DNA from: Clostridia bacterium | GTDB lineage: Bacteria; Bacillota; Clostridia; Christensenellales; Borkfalkiaceae | Length of the DNA stretch: 64,000 nucleotides | Reading direction: 5' to 3' | Assembly: GCA_017463205.1 (NCBI GenBank) | Contig: JAFTPQ010000008.1 | Coordinates: 20,896-84,895, forward strand | Part shown: in pieces, positions 26,361-36,100 of the stretch | Position numbering within the stretch: position 1 is the first letter of the stretch | How the letters are laid out: the number at the start of each line of letters is the position of its first letter | The notes under the pieces: generated by a model | The model's database searches: none | What the model was told of the DNA's origin: nothing | The model's input: only the letters and a program-made list of their open reading frames with translations | Made by a program: the position numbers and the translations under genes

Positions 26361-27668
26361 ATGGATCTTTCCCCCAAGCAGATCGTTCATCGATTGGATA
26401 AATATATCATAGGACAAGACGAGGCGAAAAAGGCTGTGGCGATCGCCTTGCGAAACCGTTATCGCCGCGCGCAGTTACCTGCGGAGATCCGCGAGGAGAT
26501 CACGCCGAAAAATATCATTATGAAAGGCCCGACAGGGGTTGGGAAAACGGAAATCGCAAGACGGCTTGCCAAGCTTGTAAAAGCGCCGTTTGTAAAAGTG
26601 GAAGCGACGAAATACACCGAAGTCGGATACGTCGGAAAGGACGTGGAAGGTATGATCCGCGATCTGGCAGAGTGCGCCTATCGGTTGGTGAAAGCGGAAA
26701 AGGAAGAGGAAGTGAAAGCCAAGGCGACGTTGGCGGCAGAGAAACGTTTGGTACGTGCTTTGGCGGAAGCGAAGAAAGAGGAAAAAGGGGACACGGCGAA
26801 AGAAGTGTTTGAAGCTAACCTTTTAGACGGACTCCGCAAAGGCGCATACGACAATTTTACCATTGAAATGGAAGTGATCGACAATCCGCAACCGATGGAA
26901 CTTGTTCCCGGCGGAGCGGCGATCTCGATCGGAAGTATTTTCGGAGATATGTTCCAACAAAAGAAAAAGAAACGCCGTTTCACCGTAAAAGAAGCTTTCC
27001 AAATCGCATTGGAAGAAGAATCTTCTAAATTGGTAGACGACGATGCGATCAAATCGGAAGCGATCTTCCGCGCGGAGAACGACGGGATCGTATTCATCGA
27101 CGAAATCGATAAAATTGCGGGTAAGGGCAACCGCGGCGGCGCAGACGTTTCGCGCGAAGGCGTTCAGCGGGATATTTTGCCCATCGTGGAAGGCAGTACG
27201 GTGGTGACGAAGTACGGCCCGATCAAAACGGATTTCATTTTGTTTATCGCGGCGGGCGCGTTTCACGTGGCGGCTGTGGAAGATTTGATTCCCGAATTGC
27301 AAGGGCGTTTCCCCGTTTCGGTGGAATTGCACAGCTTGACGAAAGAAGATTTTGTCCGCATTTTGACGGAAACGGAAAACTCGCTCACGTTCCAATACGG
27401 AAAATTGTTGAGCGTGGACAACATCGATCTGCAATTCGATCAAAGCGCAATCGAACGGATCGCAGAGATTTCCGTAGAACTCAATCTGACGTCGGAAGAC
27501 ATTGGGGCGAGAAGACTGCATACGGTGATGGAATATTTGTTGGAAGATATTTCCTTTAACGCAGGCGGCGATTATCCCATGTTTACGTTGCATATCGACA
27601 AAAAATACGTGGACGAGCATTTGCGGAAATTGACAGGCGACCGCAATTTACGGAAATACGTTTTATAA
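26361..27668 (+). CDS. hslU: ATP-dependent protease ATPase subunit HslU
   Basis: [51 protein letters not shown]. Confidence 0.95.
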   Translation: MDLSPKQIVHRLDKYIIGQDEAKKAVAIALRNRYRRAQLPAEIREEITPKNIIMKGPTGVGKTEIARRLAKLVKAPFVKVEATKYTEVGYVGKDVEGMIRDLAECAYRLVKAEKEEEVKAKATLAAEKRLVRALAEAKKEEKGDTAKEVFEANLLDGLRKGAYDNFTIEMEVIDNPQPMELVPGGAAISIGSIFGDMFQQKKKKRRFTVKEAFQIALEEESSKLVDDDAIKSEAIFRAENDGIVFIDEIDKIAGKGNRGGADVSREGVQRDILPIVEGSTVVTKYGPIKTDFILFIAAGAFHVAAVEDLIPELQGRFPVSVELHSLTKEDFVRILTETENSLTFQYGKLLSVDNIDLQFDQSAIERIAEISVELNLTSEDIGARRLHTVMEYLLEDISFNAGGDYPMFTLHIDKKYVDEHLRKLTGDRNLRKYVL

Positions 27669-27689
27669 ATTTCGTATAAGAGGCGCGCT

Positions 27690-28352
27690 ATGGATAAAGC
27701 AATAAAAAACGTTTTGATTTTCGGGGATAGTTATTCGACTTTTGAGGGCTATATCCCCGAAGGATATGCAACCTATTATGCGCCGGTAAATATAAAGCCG
27801 ACAGACGTATGCAGAGTAGAAGAAACTTGGTGGAAATCGTTTATTGACAAGATCGGCGGAAATTTGGTTTTAAATAACAGCTGGTCGGGATCGACGATCG
27901 GGTATACAGGCTATGGAAACAGCGATTGCTCGCAATCGTCTTCCTTTATTTATCGTTTCAGAAAACTGTTAAAAGAGGGATTTTTCAAAGATAACGCCGT
28001 GGATACGGTGATCGTGTTTGGTGGAACGAACGACAGTTGGTCGGATGCGCCGCTTGGAGGAATGAAATTTTCCGATTGGCAGGAAGGGGATCTGTTTTCC
28101 GTTTTGCCTGCGATCTGCTATTTGGCTTACGGTTTAAAACAGGAATTGCCAAATGCAAACGTAATTTTTTTGGTGAATACGGAAATTAAAGAAGAAATCC
28201 GAACGGCTTTGCGGGAGGCTGCGGAACATTACGGCGCGCAAGCGGTTATGTTACAGGATATAGATAAAGCAGGCGGGCACCCGACGGTGAACGGAATGGC
28301 TTCCATTTGCGAGCAGTTGTTGAGATCCGTTATTTTAGAAAATAATCAATAA
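27690..28352 (+). CDS. SGNH/GDSL-family hydrolase
   Basis: IFGDSYS block I and GGTNDS block III. Confidence 0.65.
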   Translation: MDKAIKNVLIFGDSYSTFEGYIPEGYATYYAPVNIKPTDVCRVEETWWKSFIDKIGGNLVLNNSWSGSTIGYTGYGNSDCSQSSSFIYRFRKLLKEGFFKDNAVDTVIVFGGTNDSWSDAPLGGMKFSDWQEGDLFSVLPAICYLAYGLKQELPNANVIFLVNTEIKEEIRTALREAAEHYGAQAVMLQDIDKAGGHPTVNGMASICEQLLRSVILENNQ

Positions 28353-28373
28353 ATCAGAGAAGGTATAAAAATT

Positions 28374-29624
28374 ATGATCAATATTCCAAAGGGCACAAAA
28401 GACGTATTGCCCGTTGATTCGTATAAATGGCAATATGTGGAAAGTACGGCGCGTGAAACGGCGAAACTTTTCAATTTGAAAGAGATTCGCACTCCCGTTT
28501 TCGAGCATACGGAACTGTTTTTGCGTAGCGTAGGCGATACGACGGATATCGTGACGAAAGAAATGTACACCTTTAAGGACAAAGGGGATAGGTCGATCAC
28601 GTTAAAACCGGAAGGGACGGCGGGCGCGGTGCGTTCGTTTGTGGAAAACGGCATGGGCAGCGGCGTATTGCCGGCAAAAATGTATTATATCACGCCTGCG
28701 TTCCGTTACGAGCGTCCGCAAGCAGGACGCTTGCGCGAATTTCATCAATTCGGCGTCGAAATTTTCGGGGCAAGCGGCGCGCAAACGGACGCGGAAGCGA
28801 TTTTAGTGGCGGATTCGCTGTTGAAAAACTTGGGTTTAAACGTGCAACTGTATATTAATTCGATCGGTTGTCCCACTTGTCGCGCGGCGTTCAACAAAGG
28901 GTTGAAAGAGTTTTTTGCGCCTCATTTGGACGAGCTTTGTTACGATTGCAAAACCCGTTACGAAAAGAACCCGTTGCGGCTTCTCGATTGTAAAGAGGAG
29001 GCTTGTAAAAAGATCAACGTGTCAGCACCGTCCATTTTAGAATATTTATGCGACGATTGCGCGGCGCATTTCGAGGCGTTGAAAGGATATTTGGCGTCGG
29101 CGGGGGTCGCATACGAGATCAATCCCCGCATCGTGCGCGGATTGGATTATTACACCCGTACCGTGTTTGAGTTTGTATCGACGTCGATTGGCGCGCAAGG
29201 CACGGTTTGCGGCGGCGGTAGATACGACGGTTTGATCGAGGAATTGGGCGGAAACAAAGTGCCTGCCGTGGGGTTTGCCGTAGGGATCGAACGGCTTTTG
29301 ATGGTGATGGAACAAACGGGTGCGGAAATTCCTGCACCGTCTGTGCCGACGGTATATTTGGCGGGTATGGACGCGGAATGTCGGAAAAAAGCTTTTGAAA
29401 TGGCGACAATATTGCGCAAAAACGGAATTTTTGCCGAAATCGACCACATGGAACGTTCGGTAAAAGCACAATTTAAGTATGCAGACAAAATCGGGGCGAA
29501 ATACGTTGCGGTGATTGGCGGAAACGAATTGGCGGAGGGGAAAGCCAACGTTAAGTGCATGGCAACGGGAGAAAGCGAAGCGGTGGCGTTTGCCGATATG
29601 TTGGCGTTTTTTCAAAATCAATAA
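28374..29624 (+). CDS. hisS: Histidine--tRNA ligase
   Basis: GTKDVLP, class II motifs FRYERPQAGRLREFHQFG and GGGRYDGL, and an anticodon-binding C-terminus. Confidence 0.95.
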   Translation: MINIPKGTKDVLPVDSYKWQYVESTARETAKLFNLKEIRTPVFEHTELFLRSVGDTTDIVTKEMYTFKDKGDRSITLKPEGTAGAVRSFVENGMGSGVLPAKMYYITPAFRYERPQAGRLREFHQFGVEIFGASGAQTDAEAILVADSLLKNLGLNVQLYINSIGCPTCRAAFNKGLKEFFAPHLDELCYDCKTRYEKNPLRLLDCKEEACKKINVSAPSILEYLCDDCAAHFEALKGYLASAGVAYEINPRIVRGLDYYTRTVFEFVSTSIGAQGTVCGGGRYDGLIEELGGNKVPAVGFAVGIERLLMVMEQTGAEIPAPSVPTVYLAGMDAECRKKAFEMATILRKNGIFAEIDHMERSVKAQFKYADKIGAKYVAVIGGNELAEGKANVKCMATGESEAVAFADMLAFFQNQ

Positions 29625-29663
29625 AGAACGGCAACAAAAAGAAAAATAAGCGAGGTGAAAATT

Positions 29664-29987
29664 ATGGTGAAATATGTAAATGCAAAGGAATTGGAAGAAT
29701 TGATCGCAACAAGCGAATTGCCTGTATTTTGCGATTTTTGGGCAAATTGGTGCGGGCCGTGCAGAATGTTAGCGCCTGTGTTTGAAGATTTGTCCGACGC
29801 ATACGACGGCAAAGCGGTGTTTGTGAAGATCGATATCGACGAAGAAGACAGCGAAGCGGCTGCGATCAAATACGGCATCACGTCGATCCCCAACGTGATC
29901 GCGTTTAAAAGCGGTAAGCCCGTAGCAAACAGTTTGGGGTTTAAACCGCAAGCCGTTTTAGAGGAATTTGTAAAAGAAAATTTATAA
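29664..29987 (+). CDS. trxA: Thioredoxin
   Basis: [13 protein letters not shown] active site. About 107 aa. GAGGTG RBS. Confidence 0.9.
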   Translation: MVKYVNAKELEELIATSELPVFCDFWANWCGPCRMLAPVFEDLSDAYDGKAVFVKIDIDEEDSEAAAIKYGITSIPNVIAFKSGKPVANSLGFKPQAVLEEFVKENL

Positions 29988-30029
29988 ACGTTACGAAAGG
30001 AAAAACGCCTGCCCCGCAGCAAAAGCTGT

Positions 30030-30048
30030 GGGGCAGGTATGCGTTGAA
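30030..30048 (+). repeat. Dispersed 19-nt motif, 19/19
   Basis: Exact copy 42 nt after the trxA stop. Its GGGGCAGG half is the 3' arm of the 13-bp hairpin at 30008-30037. Confidence 0.95.
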
Positions 30049-30084
30049 GTCGATTTTTTTAGGTTGACAGTGCAATTTTTAAAA

Positions 30085-30124
30085 ATAAAAAAAGGCTATC
30101 CCTCGACAAGGAGGACGTCGAGGG
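30085..30124 (-). terminator. Rubrerythrin intrinsic terminator
   Basis: CCCTCGAC/GTCGAGGG stem with a T run on the minus strand. Confidence 0.6.
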
Positions 30125-30176
30125 ACAGCAATGGAATTGTTTAATAATTGTAAGCTGGATCAATAGGAAAGCGAAA

Positions 30177-30818
30177 TTAATAATTTTCCGCTCTCACTTG
30201 GAAATATGCTTGCGGATGCGCGCAGATGGGGCAAACTTCGGGCGCTTTTTTGCCAACGACGATATGACCGCAGTTCGAGCATTGCCATACAGCATCGCCG
30301 TCTTTCGAGAAGACCAAATCACCCTTTACGTTTGCAAGCAATTTTCTGTATCTTTCTTCGTGTTCTTTTTCGATCGCCGCAACGCCGTCAAACAATTTTG
30401 CGATGTCTTCAAAACCTTCCGCACGCGCTTCTTTTGCGAATTCTGCGTACATATCCGTCCATTCGTAGTTTTCGCCTTCCGCTGCCGCCAACAAATTGTC
30501 AGCCGTGGAGGAAATGTCGCCGCCGTTCAACAACTTGAACCAAATTTTTGCGTGTTCTTGTTCGTTTTTCGCCGTTTCTTCAAAAATTGCCGCAATCTGC
30601 ACAAATCCTTCCTTTCTTGCTTTGCTTGCAAAATAGGTGTATTTGTTTCTTGCTTGCGAGTCGCCTGCAAATGCGGTTTGTAAATTTGCTTCCGTCTTCG
30701 TGCCCTTCAAGGGGTTGATCGCTTCAAATTTACCGCTTTGTTTGCAAACGGGGCAGACTTCGGGAGCAACGTCTGCTTCTGCTACATAGTGACATACTGA
30801 ACATTCGAATTTTTTCAT
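30177..30818 (-). CDS. rbr: Rubrerythrin with rubredoxin-like CxxC pairs at both termini
   Basis: N-terminal CSVC..CPVC, a ferritin-like diiron core ([16 protein letters not shown]), and C-terminal CSNC..CPIC. Confidence 0.9.
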   Translation of the reverse strand: MKKFECSVCHYVAEADVAPEVCPVCKQSGKFEAINPLKGTKTEANLQTAFAGDSQARNKYTYFASKARKEGFVQIAAIFEETAKNEQEHAKIWFKLLNGGDISSTADNLLAAAEGENYEWTDMYAEFAKEARAEGFEDIAKLFDGVAAIEKEHEERYRKLLANVKGDLVFSKDGDAVWQCSNCGHIVVGKKAPEVCPICAHPQAYFQVRAENY

Positions 30819-31145
30819 AAATTTTACCTCATAATGCCCTTAATAGGACTTAGTTTTATTAACTGATTATAGTATAATATAAAAAAATATATTTGTCAAT
30901 AGTTTTTTCAAAAAAAATTGTGAAAAATGGAAAAAATTTTAAAAAAAGTTTTTCACAATCGAAAAAAGGGCTTGTTTCACAAAAATTTAACCGAGTTGTC
31001 GTTTTTTTATAATGGAAGGAGGGTATACTGTAAGAGAAAAATTCCCATATTCTGTTAAAAAACGAAGGACGGGAATTGACAAACGAGGAAAAAGCTGATA
31101 AAATAAAGTTGTATTCTTTATATATGTTATAAGGAAGGAAATAAA

Positions 31146-32831
31146 ATGAAACGTTTAAGCGAGCGAAAAAAGAAATGGATCGAACGGACGGTGGCAAACG
31201 ACCGAAGTTATAAACTGTTTTTATACAATCGTTTTTTTATATTTTTGGTGCTTGTATTGATACAAGTAGTGTTACTGATCGGTTTAACGTATCTGATCGT
31301 TTACAATTCGACCATCGGTATTTTGTTACAACTCGTCATCGGTATATTAGAGTTGGTGATGGTGTTATATTTGGTCAATAAAACCGATCGGCCGTCATCC
31401 AAACTCAATTGGATACTGTTTATCGTGGCGCTTCCTGCGGTCGGCGTGCCTACCTATCTATTGTACGGAGAGGGCAGACCGACGCGAAAAATGCATAAAA
31501 AAATCCAACGTTCCAAAACGGAGAACGCAAAATATATGCAAAAAAGCGGGGGAACGGACGCACTGCCGCTTTCCAAACCGATTTCGCCATTATGCGTAAC
31601 GCAAGAACAAAGCTTGAACGATCGAGCAGAGGGGCTCAGTCGTTATTTGGAAAAGTATGCCGGATATCCCGTTTTTTACGATGGGGACGTAACGTATTAT
31701 AAGAGCGGGGAAGAAATGTATCCCGAACTGTTACAGGCATTGGAAAGCGCCGAAAAATTTATTTTGGTCGAATATTTCATCATCGCCGGTGGCAAGATGT
31801 GGGGAAACATTTTAAAAGTGTTGTTGCGAAAAGCGATGGAAGGGGTGCAAGTGCGTATCATTTATGACGATTTCGGTTGTATGATGACGTTGCCGCCTCG
31901 TTACGATCGGTATTTAAGCAGTCTGCATCCCAATATGAAATGCCTTTCTTTTAATAAAGTAGTGCCGTTGTTTGCGTTGCGTATGAACAATCGCGATCAT
32001 AGGAAAATTTTGGTCGTGGACGGCAAAACGGGCTTTACGGGCGGCATCAATCTGGCGGACGAATACATCAACGAAAAACGTCGGTTTGGGTATTGGAAAG
32101 ATACGGGAGTCAAGATCACGGGCGGCGCAGTGGATTCGTTTACGAAAATGTTTTTCTATATGTGGAACGCTTTCCACGGAGAAAAAGAAGATTTGAGTAA
32201 TTATCTATTTTGCGGGGACGGTCGAGCGGAAACGCCGTCGCCGTCGGCAGGTGAGAGCGAGGATAAAACGCCGCAGAAAAACACGGCGTTTCGGTTGCAA
32301 CCGTACGACGATTCGCCGCTTGATAAAATCAGTGTGGGAGAAACGGTGTATGCGGATATCATTCACAGAGCGTCAAAATACGTATGGATATTTACACCGT
32401 ATTTGCTGCTGGATGATTATATGCGTTCGGCATTGGCTATGGCGGCGATGCGCGGGGTAGATGTGCGGATCGTGACGCCCGGTATTCCCGATAAAAAAAC
32501 CACCTACCGTTTGACGCGCGCCAATTATGCGGTTTTGATGAAATCGGGTGTAAAGATATACGAATATACGCCCGGATTTATCCATGCGAAAAGTATGCTT
32601 TGTGATGACGAGTATGCCGTAGTGGGGACGATCAACTTGGATTATCGCAGCCTCTATCTGCATTTTGAAAACGCCGTATATTTTGCGGGTTGTGACGCGG
32701 TTGCGGATATGAAACGGGATTATGAAGAGGTGTTTTCCGTATCGAAAGAATGTACGCAGAAAGATCCGAAACGCAGTTTGTTGGGGCGTTTGATCGATTC
32801 GGTGTTGCGATTGTTTGAAACGATGATGTAG
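31146..32831 (+). CDS. cls: Cardiolipin synthase, copy 2
   Basis: TM N-terminus and two HKD motifs (HRKILVVDG, HAKSMLCDD). Paralog of 13247-14836. Confidence 0.9.
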   Translation: MKRLSERKKKWIERTVANDRSYKLFLYNRFFIFLVLVLIQVVLLIGLTYLIVYNSTIGILLQLVIGILELVMVLYLVNKTDRPSSKLNWILFIVALPAVGVPTYLLYGEGRPTRKMHKKIQRSKTENAKYMQKSGGTDALPLSKPISPLCVTQEQSLNDRAEGLSRYLEKYAGYPVFYDGDVTYYKSGEEMYPELLQALESAEKFILVEYFIIAGGKMWGNILKVLLRKAMEGVQVRIIYDDFGCMMTLPPRYDRYLSSLHPNMKCLSFNKVVPLFALRMNNRDHRKILVVDGKTGFTGGINLADEYINEKRRFGYWKDTGVKITGGAVDSFTKMFFYMWNAFHGEKEDLSNYLFCGDGRAETPSPSAGESEDKTPQKNTAFRLQPYDDSPLDKISVGETVYADIIHRASKYVWIFTPYLLLDDYMRSALAMAAMRGVDVRIVTPGIPDKKTTYRLTRANYAVLMKSGVKIYEYTPGFIHAKSMLCDDEYAVVGTINLDYRSLYLHFENAVYFAGCDAVADMKRDYEEVFSVSKECTQKDPKRSLLGRLIDSVLRLFETMM

Positions 32832-32843
32832 TAGGAGAATAGT

Positions 32844-33116
32844 ATGAGCGAAAACAAAAACGAAAAAAGAGAAGAAGTAAAACAAGAAGAAACACGCGCA
32901 AAAAGCAGAGATTTTTACGATTCGACTATGCCGCAAACGTTACATTGCCGAAAATGCCGTACGGAAATGAAGGACGGCGTTTGCCCTACGTGCGGTTTTA
33001 AAATGTACGTGCCGATGGATCCCAAAAAACGGGATAAGATCCGCTTGATCTTAACGGCAGTGATGATTGCGGCATTTGTGGTCATTTTCGTTGCGATGCA
33101 GATTGCGAAAAGTTGA
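32844..33116 (+). CDS. Zinc-ribbon plus single-TM small protein
   Basis: CRKCRTEMKDGVCPTCG followed by a C-terminal TM helix. Confidence 0.5.
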   Translation: MSENKNEKREEVKQEETRAKSRDFYDSTMPQTLHCRKCRTEMKDGVCPTCGFKMYVPMDPKKRDKIRLILTAVMIAAFVVIFVAMQIAKS

Positions 33117-33133
33117 ATTTTTTCAAAACGGCA

Positions 33134-33152
33134 TAGGCAGGTATGCGTTGAG
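33134..33152 (+). repeat. Dispersed 19-nt motif, variant 16/19 (TAGGCAGGTATGCGTTGAG)
   Basis: Lies 17 nt after the stop at 33116, followed by at and A6. Confidence 0.8.
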
Positions 33153-33330
33153 ATAAAAAATATACAGTTACTAAACACGTTGAGGAAAAGCTCGGCGTGT
33201 TTCTTTTTTGAAAAATGCAATTGTCAAACAAGTGAAAATATATTTTACGAAAAGTTTTAAAACACAGTTTAAGATGCGTTCGATATGTTTACAAATATAT
33301 TGAAAACAAACAAGAAAGGAGGCATTTTAT

Positions 33331-35931
33331 ATGGATATGAGAAAGTTTACCGAAAAATCGGTGGCGGCATTACAGAAGTCGCAGGCGGTTGCGCGCGAAT
33401 ACGGCAATCAGGAAGTGAAACAAGCGCATTTGCTGTACGCTTTGGCGTCTGATCGCGACGGGTTGATCGCGCAGTTGTTGCAGGGCATGGAAAAAGACGT
33501 AACGGCAATTGAAAATGCGGCGTTGGAAAGTATTAAAAAATTGCCCAAGGTAAGCGGGGGAGAGCAATACGTTGGGCGGAGTTTGGCAGACGCATTGGAA
33601 GCGGCGGAAGCGCAGATGACGAAAATGGGAGATTTGTATTTGTCGGTAGAACATCTGTTTTTCGGTTTGACGGAAAAGGCGGACGGGGATTTGAAAGGGT
33701 TGTTCAAGCGGTTTTCTATCGAACAAAACGTGTTTATGCAAGCGTTGGCAGGGGTGCGCGGAAACCGTACGGTGCAAAGCGAAAACCCCGAAGATACTTA
33801 CGACGTATTGCATAAATACGGCACTGATTTGGTGGAAAAGGCAAGGGCGCAAAAAATCGATCCCGTCATCGGCAGAGATGAAGAGATACGAAACGTAGTG
33901 CGGATATTGTCGAGAAAGACGAAAAACAATCCTGTGTTGATCGGGGAAGCGGGCGTCGGGAAGACGGCGATCGCAGAAGGATTGGCGATTCGTATTATGC
34001 GCGGGGACGTACCCGATTCGTTAAAGGACAGAAAGGTGTTTTCGTTGGATATCGGCGCATTGATCGCGGGGGCGAAATTCCGCGGTGAATTTGAAGAACG
34101 TTTAAAAGCGGTGCTTGCCGAGGTGAAAAAGAGCGAAGGGGGCATAATTTTGTTCATTGATGAATTGCATACGATCGTCGGGGCGGGGAAAACGGACGGC
34201 GCGATGGACGCAGGTAATTTGTTAAAACCGATGTTGGCTCGCGGAGAGCTGCATTGTATCGGCGCGACGACGTTGGACGAATACCGTAAATATATCGAAA
34301 AAGATCCTGCGCTGGAACGGCGTTTTCAACCCGTGCTGGTGACAGAACCCACCGTCGAAGATACCATTTCCATTTTGCGTGGCTTGAAAGACCGCTATGA
34401 AGTGTATCACGGCGTAAAGATACAAGACAACGCGCTGATCGCGGCGGCCACGCTGTCTAACCGTTATATCACCGATCGTTTTTTGCCGGATAAAGCGATC
34501 GATTTGGTGGACGAAGCGTGCGCGATGATCAAAACGGAAATGCAATCGATGCCGTCGGAAATGGACGAGATCGCGCGGAAAATTATGCAACTTGAAATTG
34601 AGGAAAACGCCTTAAAAAAAGAAACGGACGCGTTATCGAAATCGCATTTGGAGGAAATTGAAAAAGAACTGTCCGTTCTTCGCGCGGAATATTCGGAAAT
34701 GAAAGCCAAATGGGAGAACGAGAAAAACGCCATCGGAGAATCGCAAAAATTGCGCGAGGAGTTGGAAACGGCAAACGCACAACTTGAAAAGGCGCAACGG
34801 GAATACGATTTGGAAACGGCGTCCAAATTGAAATACGGCAAAATCCCCGATCTGATCAAGCGTATTGAAGCGTGTGAAAAACAAGAAACGACGGGGGCAG
34901 GTATGCGTTCAACGGAAAATTCATTGTTGCGCGATCGGGTGACGGAAGAGGAAATTTCTCGGATCGTAGCCCGTTGGACGGGAATACCCGTTTCCAAATT
35001 GATGGAGGGCGAACGCGAAAAATTGTTGCGTTTGGACGAAACGTTGCACGCGCGCGTAATCGGGCAAGACGAAGCCGTGCAAGCGGTGGCGGACGCCATA
35101 TTACGTTCTCGCGCGGGGATCGCAGATCCCAATCGGCCGATCGGTTCGTTTCTGTTTTTAGGCCCGACGGGGGTAGGGAAAACGGAGCTTGCCAAAACGC
35201 TGGCTCGTTTGTTGTTCGACGACGAAAAAAATATGGTGCGGATCGATATGAGCGAATATATGGAAAAATATTCCGTTTCCCGTTTGATCGGCGCGCCTCC
35301 GGGATACGTTGGTTATGACGAAGGCGGACAGTTGACGGAAGCGGTGCGCAGAAAACCGTACAGCGTTGTGCTGTTCGATGAAGTGGAAAAGGCGCATCCC
35401 GACGTGTTCAACGTGCTGTTGCAGGTGTTGGACGACGGCAGGATCACCGACGGGCAGGGCAGGACGGTCGATTTTAAAAACACCGTCATCATTCTAACTT
35501 CCAATTTGGGTTCTACGACCATTTTAGAGGGAATCGAATACGATGGGAGTTTGTCGGAAGAAGCGAAAGAGGAAGTAAATCGTTTATTGAAAGCCTCTTT
35601 CCGTCCGGAATTTTTAAACCGCTTGGACGAAACGGTGTTTTTTACGCCGCTGACGAAGCCGCAAGTTCATCAAATCGTGCGGTTGTTGGCGGAAGGTTTG
35701 ATCAAGCGTTTGGAAGAAAAACAGTTGTATCTGACGTTGACGGATGCCGCGGTAGAATTGATCGTGGAAAAGGGATACGATCCTGTTTACGGGGCGCGGC
35801 CGTTAAAACGGTTTATTCAGCACAGTTTGGAAACGATGTTGGCAAAAAGCATTTTGGCGGGCAATTTTACAGCCGGCGACAGGTTGACGGTGGACGCGCG
35901 GCAGGGCGAATTGTCGGTGAAAAAAGCATAA
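33331..35931 (+). CDS. clpB: ATP-dependent chaperone ClpB
   Basis: Clp N domain, two AAA+ modules ([30 protein letters not shown]), and a middle coiled coil. Confidence 0.95.
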   Translation: MDMRKFTEKSVAALQKSQAVAREYGNQEVKQAHLLYALASDRDGLIAQLLQGMEKDVTAIENAALESIKKLPKVSGGEQYVGRSLADALEAAEAQMTKMGDLYLSVEHLFFGLTEKADGDLKGLFKRFSIEQNVFMQALAGVRGNRTVQSENPEDTYDVLHKYGTDLVEKARAQKIDPVIGRDEEIRNVVRILSRKTKNNPVLIGEAGVGKTAIAEGLAIRIMRGDVPDSLKDRKVFSLDIGALIAGAKFRGEFEERLKAVLAEVKKSEGGIILFIDELHTIVGAGKTDGAMDAGNLLKPMLARGELHCIGATTLDEYRKYIEKDPALERRFQPVLVTEPTVEDTISILRGLKDRYEVYHGVKIQDNALIAAATLSNRYITDRFLPDKAIDLVDEACAMIKTEMQSMPSEMDEIARKIMQLEIEENALKKETDALSKSHLEEIEKELSVLRAEYSEMKAKWENEKNAIGESQKLREELETANAQLEKAQREYDLETASKLKYGKIPDLIKRIEACEKQETTGAGMRSTENSLLRDRVTEEEISRIVARWTGIPVSKLMEGEREKLLRLDETLHARVIGQDEAVQAVADAILRSRAGIADPNRPIGSFLFLGPTGVGKTELAKTLARLLFDDEKNMVRIDMSEYMEKYSVSRLIGAPPGYVGYDEGGQLTEAVRRKPYSVVLFDEVEKAHPDVFNVLLQVLDDGRITDGQGRTVDFKNTVIILTSNLGSTTILEGIEYDGSLSEEAKEEVNRLLKASFRPEFLNRLDETVFFTPLTKPQVHQIVRLLAEGLIKRLEEKQLYLTLTDAAVELIVEKGYDPVYGARPLKRFIQHSLETMLAKSILAGNFTAGDRLTVDARQGELSVKKA
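34894..34912 (+). repeat. Dispersed 19-nt motif, 18/19 (TGA changed to TCA), in frame inside clpB
   Basis: acgGGGGCAGGTATGCGTTCAa encodes TGAGMRS in the ClpB linker before [11 protein letters not shown]. Confidence 0.9.
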
Positions 35932-35969
35932 CGGACTTTGATCGGTGAAAAACCTTTTATCGAGGCGTG

Positions 35970-36008
35970 CAAGGGCAAACTTTTACGGTTTGCTCTTGTT
36001 TATTTTTT
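35970..36008 (+). terminator. clpB intrinsic terminator
   Basis: 11-bp stem CAAGGGCAAAC/GTTTGCTCTTG followed by TTTATTTTTT. Confidence 0.65.
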
Positions 36009-36037
36009 GAAAAAGCGAACAAATTTTCTTTTTCTTG

Positions 36038-36066
36038 TTTACAAGAAAAAGAAAGTATGTTATAAT
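36038..36066 (+). promoter_or_regulatory. Promoter TTTACA-N17-TATAAT, overlapped by a perfect 13-bp inverted repeat at 36025-36054
   Basis: Hexamers at 36038-36043 and 36061-36066. Repeat arms TTTCTTTTTCTTG / CAAGAAAAAGAAA. Confidence 0.5.
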
Positions 36067-36100
36067 AGAAAGTAATAAAACGTACGCAGGGGAGAAAACT

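Noticed and set aside
30870-30890. A PerR-box-like sequence (TATAATCAGTTAATAA on the minus strand) in the rubrerythrin promoter
   Set aside because: It overlaps the -10 region and is AT-rich. Its resemblance to TTATAATnATTATAA is partial and could arise by chance in AT-rich promoter DNA.
33223-33237. Possible CtsR operator (GTCAAAcaaGTGAAA) upstream of clpB
   Set aside because: The direct-repeat period is 9 nt rather than the 10 nt of the RGTCAAAnanRGTCAAA consensus, and the second half is mismatched. The support is too weak.
36016-36029. Possible LexA/Cheo box (CGAACAAATTTTCT) upstream of the sbcD-like gene
   Set aside because: Only the GAAC half matches. The second half reads TTTC instead of GTTC and carries a further mismatch.
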